Positions 1 through 7,125 of a stretch of 42,437 nt of DNA are shown in pieces (positions within the stretch are counted from its first letter, which is position 1; each line of letters opens with the position of its first letter). The notes beneath the pieces were generated by a model. The model did not search any database, had not been told where the DNA came from, and saw only the letters and a list, made by a program, of their open reading frames with translations. This DNA is from a virus: positions 1 through 42,437 of IMG/VR virus record IMGVR_UViG_3300031578_000122; one strand, written 5' to 3'. The position numbers were made by a program, and so were the translations under genes.

Positions 1-112
1 CTGAAGCTATTGATAAATTAAACGAAAGCCATGAATGAAATAGAAAAGAAAGCAACAGAAATCGCTGAAAAAATAAGTGGTGTACAACCGAGAAATCCAT
101 TTGCAGAAGCTA
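1..112. repeat. Terminal direct repeat, copy 1 (identical to 42326..42437)
   Basis: Bases 1-112 (ctgaagctattgataaatta...ttgcagaagcta) recur exactly as the last 112 bases of the window. This implies a circular or terminally redundant genome of 42,325 unique bp. Confidence 0.95.
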
Positions 113-246
113 CATTAAAACGATATACTGATTTAATCCTCCAATTCGCCAGAGAAATTGCAGAAGGACAAAGAAATTATGATGCGAGTTTCCCTAATTG
201 TGAATTACTCAAAGTAAATAAATTAATAACCGATAAAACAGAATAG
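31..246 (+). CDS. Hypothetical small protein (71 aa)
   Basis: ATG ORF in the AT-rich accessory arm. Its first 82 nt are duplicated at 42355..42437. In the circular form its ATG overlaps the stop of the preceding 50-aa ORF (atgaatga). Confidence 0.5.
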   Translation: MNEIEKKATEIAEKISGVQPRNPFAEATLKRYTDLILQFAREIAEGQRNYDASFPNCELLKVNKLITDKTE

Positions 247-417
247 ACAAAATTCAGCTTTGAAATGACAGTGATTTTTATTATATTTACAGTGCTTAAT
301 CAAATGCAATGCAAATATCAATTTGAAAAAATACCGGATATGGATTTCATGCAGGAAACTGTATGGAGCGGTTTCTGCATTGCAACCGTTAAGCATCCTA
401 AGTCCGGTTCTTTTATT

Positions 418-945
418 ATGGAAACCTGGAAAAATATTAAGGGGTATGAAGGACTTTATCTTGTGTCAAATTTAGGTAGAATAAAGAGCCTTAAAAGACA
501 ACGAATAAGAAAAATAGCAACAACAAGAATCGGTTATTGTGTGGTGAACTTGAGTAAAGATGGAATTAAGAAGTTAAAAACTGTACACAGGCTTGTTGCA
601 TTAGCTTTTGTGCCTAACCCAGATAATAAACAATGTATTAATCATAAAGATGGGAATAAACTAAATAATAAGATTGAGAATTTGGAGTGGTGTACTCATT
701 CTGAAAACAGTAAACATATGGTTGAGGTTTTGGGTATTAAGCCCCATTTAGGAAAGAAGCACCCCGAAGAAACGAAAAGAAAAATAGGATTTAAGAATTC
801 TAAGTTGACGCTGAATGATATATTGACGATAAAGAAAAGATATGAGTCCGGAGCAACACAGGTTGCGCTTGCGAAGGAATATGATGTACACTATGTTACT
901 ATAAACAACGTAATTAACGGCAGACAACTTGCCAGATTTAATTAA
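418..945 (+). CDS. HNH homing endonuclease (NUMOD4-type N-terminus, HNH_3-type core, C-terminal HTH)
   Basis: METWKNIKGYEGLYLVSNLGRIKSL is a typical NUMOD4 N-terminus. CINHKDGNKLNNKIENLEWCTHSENSKH is the HNH core. The C-terminus (ATQVALAKEYDVHYVTINNVING) looks like a DNA-binding HTH. The track ORF begins at 265, but family members normally start at the M-E-x-W-K motif, so 418 is preferred. Confidence 0.8.
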   Translation: METWKNIKGYEGLYLVSNLGRIKSLKRQRIRKIATTRIGYCVVNLSKDGIKKLKTVHRLVALAFVPNPDNKQCINHKDGNKLNNKIENLEWCTHSENSKHMVEVLGIKPHLGKKHPEETKRKIGFKNSKLTLNDILTIKKRYESGATQVALAKEYDVHYVTINNVINGRQLARFN

Positions 946-956
946 AATACTTTGAG

Positions 957-1190
957 ATGAAAATGAGAATGATTTACTTCAAGTGGTCACCGGTATCCAC
1001 GATAGTTTTAATAGTAACAATAGGCTTATTAGCGTATTACATTATCTCTAAAGGAACGGTAAATGTCAGTGGGTTCCTCGGGATAATGATGCTATTCATT
1101 GCCAGGGGGATTATGTGGGAGGGCTGGTATATGGAAAAGAACCAAGAGTTACAGGATAAAATCGACTTCCTTCAAACTCAAGTACGATGA
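957..1190 (+). CDS. Small membrane protein (two hydrophobic helices)
   Basis: Two hydrophobic helices are visible: VSTIVLIVTIGLLAYYII and GFLGIMMLFIARGIMW. The stop overlaps the next start (ATGA at 1187). Confidence 0.5.
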   Translation: MKMRMIYFKWSPVSTIVLIVTIGLLAYYIISKGTVNVSGFLGIMMLFIARGIMWEGWYMEKNQELQDKIDFLQTQVR

Positions 1191-1447
1191 AGGTGGTTAA
1201 GCAGAATAAGTACATAAGAATAATTGAGGTTCCGGAACCCAGGCATAAGGATTCGGAGTCTCATCTTATATTCAATAAGTCATCCAGTGATGTTATTGGG
1301 TGGCTGGAATATTACCCTAAGTGGAGGCAGTATGTTTTTTCCTCAGGGGATAATATCATCTGGAATAACACTTGTCTGGAAACCGTAATTGAATTACTCA
1401 ATGAACTCAACTCAACAAAGGTACCTGTTCGGAAACCCGGTGATTGA
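1187..1447 (+). CDS. Hypothetical protein (86 aa)
   Basis: ORF translationally coupled to the upstream gene by an ATGA overlap. No recognisable motif. Confidence 0.5.
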   Translation: MKVVKQNKYIRIIEVPEPRHKDSESHLIFNKSSSDVIGWLEYYPKWRQYVFSSGDNIIWNNTCLETVIELLNELNSTKVPVRKPGD

Positions 1448-1820
1448 TTACCCGGTAAAGTTCGGTAGGTATGGCACACACCAGCGTAATAAGTGGGGTG
1501 TATGGCTTATAAACCCAATGCTGAAATTAGGCTCCACCCCCGGGAGGATCTGCAAGGAATGTGATTACTTGATTAAGACCGGCTATCATGGCCGGGTGTA
1601 CTATAAGTGTCACCTAAGGGGATGCACCAGGGGAGGTCAGACGGACCACCGGCTGAAGTGGCCGGCATGCTCAAAGTTTATACCTAATACAGAATGCCAG
1701 GAAAAGATCAAGCTGGAAGAAAGGATGCTCAATAACCAGGAGGGTAGGCATAACCTTATGCTCGGTACTATCGTTTTATGTTCAATAATTTTTTGTGTCT
1801 TGATATGGATCTTTACTTGA
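1389..1820 (+). CDS. Cys-rich hypothetical protein with hydrophobic C-terminal tail
   Basis: Cysteine cluster: CKECDYL...YYKCHLRGC...WPACSKF. The C-terminus LGTIVLCSIIFCVLIWIF is hydrophobic. An alternative GTG start at 1440 would reduce the overlap with the upstream gene to 8 nt. Confidence 0.45.
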   Translation: MNYSMNSTQQRYLFGNPVIDYPVKFGRYGTHQRNKWGVWLINPMLKLGSTPGRICKECDYLIKTGYHGRVYYKCHLRGCTRGGQTDHRLKWPACSKFIPNTECQEKIKLEERMLNNQEGRHNLMLGTIVLCSIIFCVLIWIFT

Positions 1821-2239
1821 CAAAGGATGATTTTGGCCGGTTCATCCCGGCTTATGGTACTGACTTTGACCTGGCCAAGCGCATAAAGGTTGGGGAAACT
1901 GTCAAGGCTGTCGTCACCAGGCCCCGGAATTACGGCTTTCATAAGAAGTATTTTGCCATGATTAGATGTTTCCATCACTGTTTGCACGAAGAACTTGCTG
2001 ACAGGTATCCTACCAGGGACTCCCTCCTGGTGGCAATTAAGATCCTGGCCGGGCATTTCGATGTAAGTTTCCTTCCGGATGGCACCGAGGTACAGATCCC
2101 GAAGTCAATATCATTTGGGGCAATGGATGATTATGCATTCGAAGAATTTTATTCCCGTACCCTGGACATTGGATTAAAATATTTTTTGCGGGACATGGAC
2201 AAGGAGGAATTTGAACAGGAGATTTTGAATTTCCTGTAA
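1805..2239 (+). CDS. DUF1367-like phage protein
   Basis: TRPRNYGFHKKYFAMIRCFHHCLHE resembles the SRNPAFHRKVFAFFNFCF signature I recall for DUF1367 proteins of lambdoid nin regions. The track ORF starts at 1778. The ATG at 1805 (MDLYLTKDD) gives less overlap. Confidence 0.5.
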   Translation: MDLYLTKDDFGRFIPAYGTDFDLAKRIKVGETVKAVVTRPRNYGFHKKYFAMIRCFHHCLHEELADRYPTRDSLLVAIKILAGHFDVSFLPDGTEVQIPKSISFGAMDDYAFEEFYSRTLDIGLKYFLRDMDKEEFEQEILNFL

Positions 2240-2252
2240 TTCATTATATTTG
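2224..2252 (+). promoter_or_regulatory. Bacteroidota-type promoter (TTTG -33-like box plus TATATTTG -7 box)
   Basis: TTTG lies at 2224..2227. TATATTTG at 2245..2252 matches the TAnnTTTG consensus, 17 nt downstream, directly after the stop of the DUF1367-like gene. Confidence 0.45.
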
Positions 2253-2263
2253 TTTATTCAATG

Positions 2264-2296
2264 CCGGGATCGTTAAAAAGCGATTTCGGTTTTTAT
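2264..2296 (+). terminator. Hairpin plus T-run (intrinsic terminator-like) upstream of the transporter gene
   Basis: ccgggatcg (2264..2272) pairs with cgatttcgg (2281..2289), with two G-U pairs. The hairpin is followed by tttttatt. Confidence 0.45.
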
Positions 2297-2316
2297 TCAC
2301 CTAATCCATTTTAATT

Positions 2317-3729
2317 ATGCAGGTTTTTTCAAGTTCGCAGGGATGGCTGATTATTGTATCATACTTTGCTATGGTCATGGTTTTAGCATACCTGTACAGC
2401 TATCGTGACAAAATTCGCACGAAGCTGAGTTTTCTTGTAGCGAACCGCACTGTATCAGGATGGCCGGCAGCCTTCTCCATCGCAGCCACCTGGATATGGG
2501 CACCCGCTTTATTCATTGCGTCTGAGAAGGCATTTACGCAAGGGATTGCAGGGGTGTTCTGGTTTACGGTTCCAAACATTCTCTGCCTGGCAGTATTCGG
2601 TTTTTTTGCTACCAGGATGCGGAACATGGTTCCTGAGGGGTGGACCTTCTCGGATCATATCCGGACTTCTTACTCAAACCGGACTCATAACCTCTACCTG
2701 GTGGAGTCATTCGGTTTACAGATTTGCTCCTTTGCCGTTCAATTGTTAGCCGGTGGAGCAATTCTGCATAAATTGACAGGGATCCCGTTTTTCTGGACTA
2801 CCCTGGCAATGGCTGTTATCCCATTTGTCTATACATACCTTAGGGGTATAAAGGCCAGTATAATGACTGACCTATGGCAAATGGCATGGATAATTTTAGT
2901 ACTGGTATTGATCCTTCCACCGATATTGGGCCATTCCGGTGACCTGGTTAAGGGCCTGGGTGGATCGAGCGGAACCTTTGATAATTTATTTGGTAAAACG
3001 GGGTGGCTGGTGTTCCTTTCCTTTGGGATACCGGCAACGGTGGGATTATTCTCCGGCCCCTTTGGTGATCAAATGTTCTGGCAGCGGGTATGGTCCATCA
3101 AGAAGAAGGATGTCAAGAAAAGTTTTCTTCATGCCTCCTGGATCTTTGGGATAGTACCCATAGTTCTGTCCACCCTGGGATTTATTTATGCCGGTAGCGG
3201 GGCTGTGAATGTGGATACACAGTTAACCAATGTCCAAGGCCTTATGATGATCACACCAAGTAGATTAATCCTTGTGCTTTTCATGTTTATGATCCTTTCC
3301 GGGCTGATATCAACCTGTGATTCTGTGATATGTGCCGTGTCCTCAGTGGTTGGACATGATATTGCCGTGAGGATCCAGGAGAGAAATATTAACAGGAAGG
3401 TTAAGCCGGTAGTTATTGCCAGAATGGCAATGGTACTGGTTACTATCCTGGCAATATGTATAGCCAACATACCAGGTATCAAAATTTTGTACTTGTGGCT
3501 ACTTTACGGGACTCTGAGATCGTCTGTACTCCTTCCGACTATCTACGCTATCTTAAAAATCAGGATGAGTGAGAAGGGCTTATTTTACGGCATTTTGATT
3601 TCAATAGTCCTGGGGGTACCGATGTTTGCCATTGGCAAATTTGGCAATCATCTTCCCTGGATACTGGCCGGTACATTTACAACCCTGTTGGCCTCAGGAA
3701 TTATATCACGACTAAAATTTAAAACATGA
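2317..3729 (+). CDS. Sodium:solute symporter (SSS) family permease, substrate unknown
   Basis: A 470-aa polytopic membrane protein with about 12-13 hydrophobic segments. The N-terminal region is SSS-like (LVANRTVSGWPAAFSIAATWIWAPALFIASEKAF). GIKASIMTDLWQ matches the conserved G..a...tD..Q segment of the family. Confidence 0.8.
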   Translation: MQVFSSSQGWLIIVSYFAMVMVLAYLYSYRDKIRTKLSFLVANRTVSGWPAAFSIAATWIWAPALFIASEKAFTQGIAGVFWFTVPNILCLAVFGFFATRMRNMVPEGWTFSDHIRTSYSNRTHNLYLVESFGLQICSFAVQLLAGGAILHKLTGIPFFWTTLAMAVIPFVYTYLRGIKASIMTDLWQMAWIILVLVLILPPILGHSGDLVKGLGGSSGTFDNLFGKTGWLVFLSFGIPATVGLFSGPFGDQMFWQRVWSIKKKDVKKSFLHASWIFGIVPIVLSTLGFIYAGSGAVNVDTQLTNVQGLMMITPSRLILVLFMFMILSGLISTCDSVICAVSSVVGHDIAVRIQERNINRKVKPVVIARMAMVLVTILAICIANIPGIKILYLWLLYGTLRSSVLLPTIYAILKIRMSEKGLFYGILISIVLGVPMFAIGKFGNHLPWILAGTFTTLLASGIISRLKFKT

Positions 3730-4343
3730 AAAAACTAATCATTATCTCCACTATCCTCTTGGTGAGCCTGGCCGTTAATGCCCAGGTTTATGATGGGATA
3801 ACACAACCTATGAAGTACCGGTTCTGGACCGGTGCAAACTCTAACGGTACGACCTTCAGTTTTGCTGGATATAAGGTTGCACCCAACGCTACCCCCTGGC
3901 TGTCCCTTACGGGTGTCACTTGGTACACTTGGCACAACAAGCAGTTTTCCACTATGCTCTGGACTAATCTGAACTACAAAAAGCAGTTCTGGTTTCTTCA
4001 CCGGGTAGGCTATAATACATTCAGCAAGAAATTCTACCAGACGTACTCCGGAACATGGAAGGCACCAAATAATTTTATGGTAGATTTCACCTGGTCAAAT
4101 ATATGGAAACAGGATGCCGGGTGGCTGGACGGGGATCAACTTCAGTTCCTTGCCGGATATAAGTATAAAAGCCTTATTGTACTCAATGCCGGGTACCGGG
4201 TGATAGGTAATGGGCAGGAGGGGTTTATAACAAATTTCAGGTTGATGTTCAATAAGGGTGAAGATGTAACCAACTGGTTGCAGATGAAATATGATTTTAC
4301 CAACAGGGTGTTTGGATTGAACGTCGCATTTCATTTTAATTAA
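3726..4343 (+). CDS. Secreted aromatic-rich protein, probable small outer-membrane beta-barrel
   Basis: The start overlaps the permease stop (ATGA). It has a Sec signal peptide, MKKLIIISTILLVSLAVNA|QVYDG. About ten short alternating hydrophobic/aromatic stretches are present (FSFAGYKV, LTGVTWYTW, MLWTNLNY, FMVDFTWS, LQFLAGYKY, LIVLNAGYRV, FITNFRLMF, WLQMKYDF, FGLNVAFHF). The C-terminus is aromatic. Confidence 0.55.
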   Translation: MKKLIIISTILLVSLAVNAQVYDGITQPMKYRFWTGANSNGTTFSFAGYKVAPNATPWLSLTGVTWYTWHNKQFSTMLWTNLNYKKQFWFLHRVGYNTFSKKFYQTYSGTWKAPNNFMVDFTWSNIWKQDAGWLDGDQLQFLAGYKYKSLIVLNAGYRVIGNGQEGFITNFRLMFNKGEDVTNWLQMKYDFTNRVFGLNVAFHFN

Positions 4344-4349
4344 TATTCT

Positions 4350-4370
4350 GAGGGGGCCATGCGCCCCCTC
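4350..4370 (+). terminator. GC-rich hairpin closing the transporter cassette
   Basis: gagggggc (4350..4357) pairs perfectly with gccccctc (4363..4370) around a 5-nt loop. Only a weak T tract follows (tt). Confidence 0.45.
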
Positions 4371-4379
4371 TTAACTACT

Positions 4380-4955
4380 ATGGCAAAAAAGAAATTCTCC
4401 CACAAGGAGATAATAGTTCCTGTCTCAGAACTCAAGGAATTCCCCGGTAACCCAAACAAACATCCGGAGCCTCAGATCCGGGCTATGGCTGAGAACATGA
4501 AACGGTTCGGCCAGTACCTACGTATTATTACTGATGAAAATTACCTAATCCTTTCAGGTCATGGGAAAAAGAGATCCCTGGAACTTGCCGGTATGAAGGA
4601 GGCTAAGATCAATATGATATCCGGTATGTCTGAGATTGAAAAGAAGGTATTGCTCCTTGCTGATAACCGTATCCAGGAAATGAGTACCATCCATATGCCT
4701 GACCTTGAGGCGATAATAAAACAGGCAGCCACCCTGGACATACCAGGCTTTTCCCAGGATTATATTGACTCTGTAATAAATGAACTCACCAGGGACAATT
4801 ACGGGGTGGATCTCCAGGCTGACATGAATGGCCTCGGGCTTAACAGCCAGGGTCCAGGAGTGGTCGGGCAGATTGACCAGGACACTAACCCTGAGAAGGG
4901 AAAAGTATATAAAGAGATTGAATGCCCATACTGCAAAAACCGATTTGAGATATGA
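4380..4955 (+). CDS. ParB-like nuclease (ParBc) domain protein with C-terminal zinc-ribbon
   Basis: ParB N-terminal domain pattern: LKEFPGNPNKHPEPQIRAMAENMKRFGQYLRIITDENYLILSGHGKKRSLELAGMKEAKI. The C-terminus ECPYCKNRFE looks like a zinc ribbon. The track start at 4359 lies in the hairpin loop, so the ATG at 4380 is preferred. Confidence 0.7.
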   Translation: MAKKKFSHKEIIVPVSELKEFPGNPNKHPEPQIRAMAENMKRFGQYLRIITDENYLILSGHGKKRSLELAGMKEAKINMISGMSEIEKKVLLLADNRIQEMSTIHMPDLEAIIKQAATLDIPGFSQDYIDSVINELTRDNYGVDLQADMNGLGLNSQGPGVVGQIDQDTNPEKGKVYKEIECPYCKNRFEI

Positions 4956-5482
4956 AGGATCTATTTACCCCCTTAAAGAATATTCAATTTGTTGATAGGG
5001 ATACCCTCAAAGCAAATGATTACAATCCTAATAAGGTACTGGAAAGAAACCTTGAATTACTTGAGAAGTCCATCCTCAGTAACGGCTTTTGTTTTCCCCT
5101 GGTGGTAAGACAGGACATGACAATCATTGATGGTTTTCACCGGTGGCTGATAGCAGGGAGAGATCCCCTAAAAACACTCCTGGGGAACAAGGTACCTATA
5201 GTTATTGTCCAGCATGAAGATAAGGCCAAGGATGTTTATGGGACCATAACATTCAACCGGGCCCGAGGCACTCACCTACTGGAACCTATGGAGCGGATAG
5301 TCCAGGGGCTATTGAAGGACGGTAAGACCGTGAAAGAGATCAGCAACCACCTGGGGATGCGCCCTGAAGAAGTGTACCGGCTTACAAAAATGGACAGGGA
5401 GGCATTTCTCAATATCATGCTTAAGGGTGAGAAGATCCCCTCCCGGGCGAGGAAGATAACGAACACCAGGCAAACGTCATGA
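4952..5482 (+). CDS. ParB/IbrB-like domain protein
   Basis: ParB/Srx-fold core: LKANDYNPNKV...SILSNGFCFPLVVRQDMTIIDGFHRW. A C-terminal HTH-like segment follows (KTVKEISNHLGMRPEEVYRL). ATGA overlaps occur at both ends. Confidence 0.65.
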   Translation: MKDLFTPLKNIQFVDRDTLKANDYNPNKVLERNLELLEKSILSNGFCFPLVVRQDMTIIDGFHRWLIAGRDPLKTLLGNKVPIVIVQHEDKAKDVYGTITFNRARGTHLLEPMERIVQGLLKDGKTVKEISNHLGMRPEEVYRLTKMDREAFLNIMLKGEKIPSRARKITNTRQTS

Positions 5483-6573
5483 TACGTCAGGTTTACTTAA
5501 AAATAAATGTTTTTACAGCAGCCAGGAAAAGGCTTATAAAGTTCTTCCAGGACTACCCCGTACTTTTCTTTTCATACTCCGGAGGGAAGGACTCAGCGGT
5601 GGTCAGTCACATGATCAGGGGCCTGATCAATGAGGGGCTTATTGATCGAAGTAAACTGCTTGTGAACTTCTTCGACGAGGAAGCTATTTACCCTTGCGTT
5701 GAGAGAGTGGTCCTACAGGAGAGAAATGAGTATTTGAAATTGGGGGTGAAGTTTTACTGGTGGTGCCTGGAATTCAAGCATTACAATTGCCTCAACCAGC
5801 TAACCAGTGATGAAACCTTCATCTGTTGGGATGCCAGGAAGAAATCAGTCTGGTGTAGGCCCAAACCGGAATTTGCATTAAACTATCACAGGGACTTTAA
5901 ACTCGGTATGAATTACCAGACCTGGTCAGACAGGGCCTTTGGAAAGTATTACAATATTATAGGAATACGGGCCAATGAATCTGTCCAGCGGTTATCTGCA
6001 TTCAGTAAGATTGTCAAGAACACCCCGAAGGTGCTTTATCCTATTTATGATTGGAAGTTAAAAGACGTGTGGTTGTATATAAAGAAGTACCAAGTGCCCA
6101 TCCCTGACGCTTATATGTACCTGTATAAGGTAGGGGTGTCCGGTGAGGCGTTACGTATAAGCCAGTTCTTCAGCATCGATACAATACGGAGCCTACCCAA
6201 GGTGTTTGAATTCTACCCAGGCCTGTATGAATCTATTCTCAAGCGTGAACCTAACGTTGAACTGGCAGCCCTCTACTTTGAAACTGATATGTTCCGGTCA
6301 ACTAAGCAAAATAAGAAATTCAAAAAGGAGGATGACTATATCGGTAAGTTCAAAAAGGAATTTTCGAGAGCAATTCAACACCCTGACTCATTCCCTGGTT
6401 TTTATAATGCTAAGTTTTTACTCAGAACAATACTATGGGAGGATCCCGTTGCATATAAAATGATGTATCAGATCCTGGTGGCCGGTGATCCAAAGAACAG
6501 ACTTACCAGGTCATGTCAGATGCATATCTCGGGTAAACACTCCCTTGCTAAAGAAGTAATGGAGCGTCCATAA
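5479..6573 (+). CDS. PAPS-reductase-family PP-loop protein, IbrA-like (with DUF3440-like C-terminal region)
   Basis: PP-loop motif SYSGGKDS. The downstream pattern is PAPS-reductase-like (IGIRANESVQR, PIYDWKLKDVWLYI). The extended C-terminus (RISQFFSID...YPGLYESI) is consistent with the DUF3440 extension seen in IbrA-type proteins. Confidence 0.7.
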   Translation: MIRQVYLKINVFTAARKRLIKFFQDYPVLFFSYSGGKDSAVVSHMIRGLINEGLIDRSKLLVNFFDEEAIYPCVERVVLQERNEYLKLGVKFYWWCLEFKHYNCLNQLTSDETFICWDARKKSVWCRPKPEFALNYHRDFKLGMNYQTWSDRAFGKYYNIIGIRANESVQRLSAFSKIVKNTPKVLYPIYDWKLKDVWLYIKKYQVPIPDAYMYLYKVGVSGEALRISQFFSIDTIRSLPKVFEFYPGLYESILKREPNVELAALYFETDMFRSTKQNKKFKKEDDYIGKFKKEFSRAIQHPDSFPGFYNAKFLLRTILWEDPVAYKMMYQILVAGDPKNRLTRSCQMHISGKHSLAKEVMERP

Positions 6574-6576
6574 ATT

Positions 6577-7125
6577 ATGTCTAAAGGTGAAAAAGGCAAA
6601 GGAGGCAGGCCCCCCGTCGAACTCGATGAGAGGCAGAAGCAACTTGTATTGTACTATGCCAGGAATGGAGTTCCGACAAAGCATCTCGCTGAGTTACTGG
6701 GTATTTCGCGTTCCGCCTTTTATAATATTCTCCGCAGAGATCCTGAGGTTTATGCACTTTATAGACAGGGTGTCCTTCTTGCGAATGTTGCTGTCAGTAA
6801 TTGGCTGTTTGAATCTTGCAAGCCGGTGGTCAAGCAAATACCATTGATAGATGCTGACGGCAACCAAGTTATAGATCCAGGAACCGGTGAACCAAAGTTC
6901 TATGAACAGGTAGTACAGCGGGGATCTATTGAGGCTCAAAAGTTCTGGCTCCGGACACGGGCAGGATGGAAGGACCGGTTCTATATTGAGCATACTCCAC
7001 CGGTAGAGGATGATGATTTAGATGAACTTGAAATTTTACCAGATGAGGACATTAGAACCATCGTTGAAATTGGTCGAAAACTGGAAGGCTTACGAGAGGA
7101 AGATCGCGAGGAAATATCTGATTGA
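6577..7125 (+). CDS. Terminase small subunit (putative)
   Basis: N-terminal HTH (VPTKHLAELLGISRSAFYNIL) and an acidic C-terminus. It sits immediately upstream of, and overlaps, the large terminase. Confidence 0.6.
   Translation: MSKGEKGKGGRPPVELDERQKQLVLYYARNGVPTKHLAELLGISRSAFYNILRRDPEVYALYRQGVLLANVAVSNWLFESCKPVVKQIPLIDADGNQVIDPGTGEPKFYEQVVQRGSIEAQKFWLRTRAGWKDRFYIEHTPPVEDDDLDELEILPDEDIRTIVEIGRKLEGLREEDREEISD

Noticed and set aside
1637-2056. A 139-aa minus-strand ORF overlapping two + strand genes.
   Set aside because: It is antisense to the Cys-rich and DUF1367-like genes and has no start context or motif. It would be the only minus-strand gene in a unidirectional genome.
2516-3154. Alternative-frame + strand ORFs nested in longer genes (2516..2749, 2939..3154, 6206..6463, 6587..6847, 8559..8822, 16106..16333, 18062..18358, 25934..26119, 26543..26731, 35797..35991 and 39440..39631).
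   Set aside because: Each is fully contained in a longer ORF with recognisable motifs or better context. Their translations are Arg/Ser/Pro-rich, typical of off-frame reading.
4380-5482. The ParB-like genes as a plasmid-prophage partition system (phage-plasmid lifestyle).
   Set aside because: There is no ParA/Walker ATPase partner and no parS-like repeat array. The domains resemble the nuclease/IbrB-type ParB N-terminal fold and are coupled to a PAPS-reductase-like gene instead.
5479-6573. Reading the PAPS-reductase-family gene as a cysH sulfur-assimilation auxiliary metabolic gene.
   Set aside because: The long C-terminal extension and the translational coupling to ParB-like proteins fit the IbrA/DUF3440 context better than bona fide CysH. 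This remains to be confirmed by a profile search.
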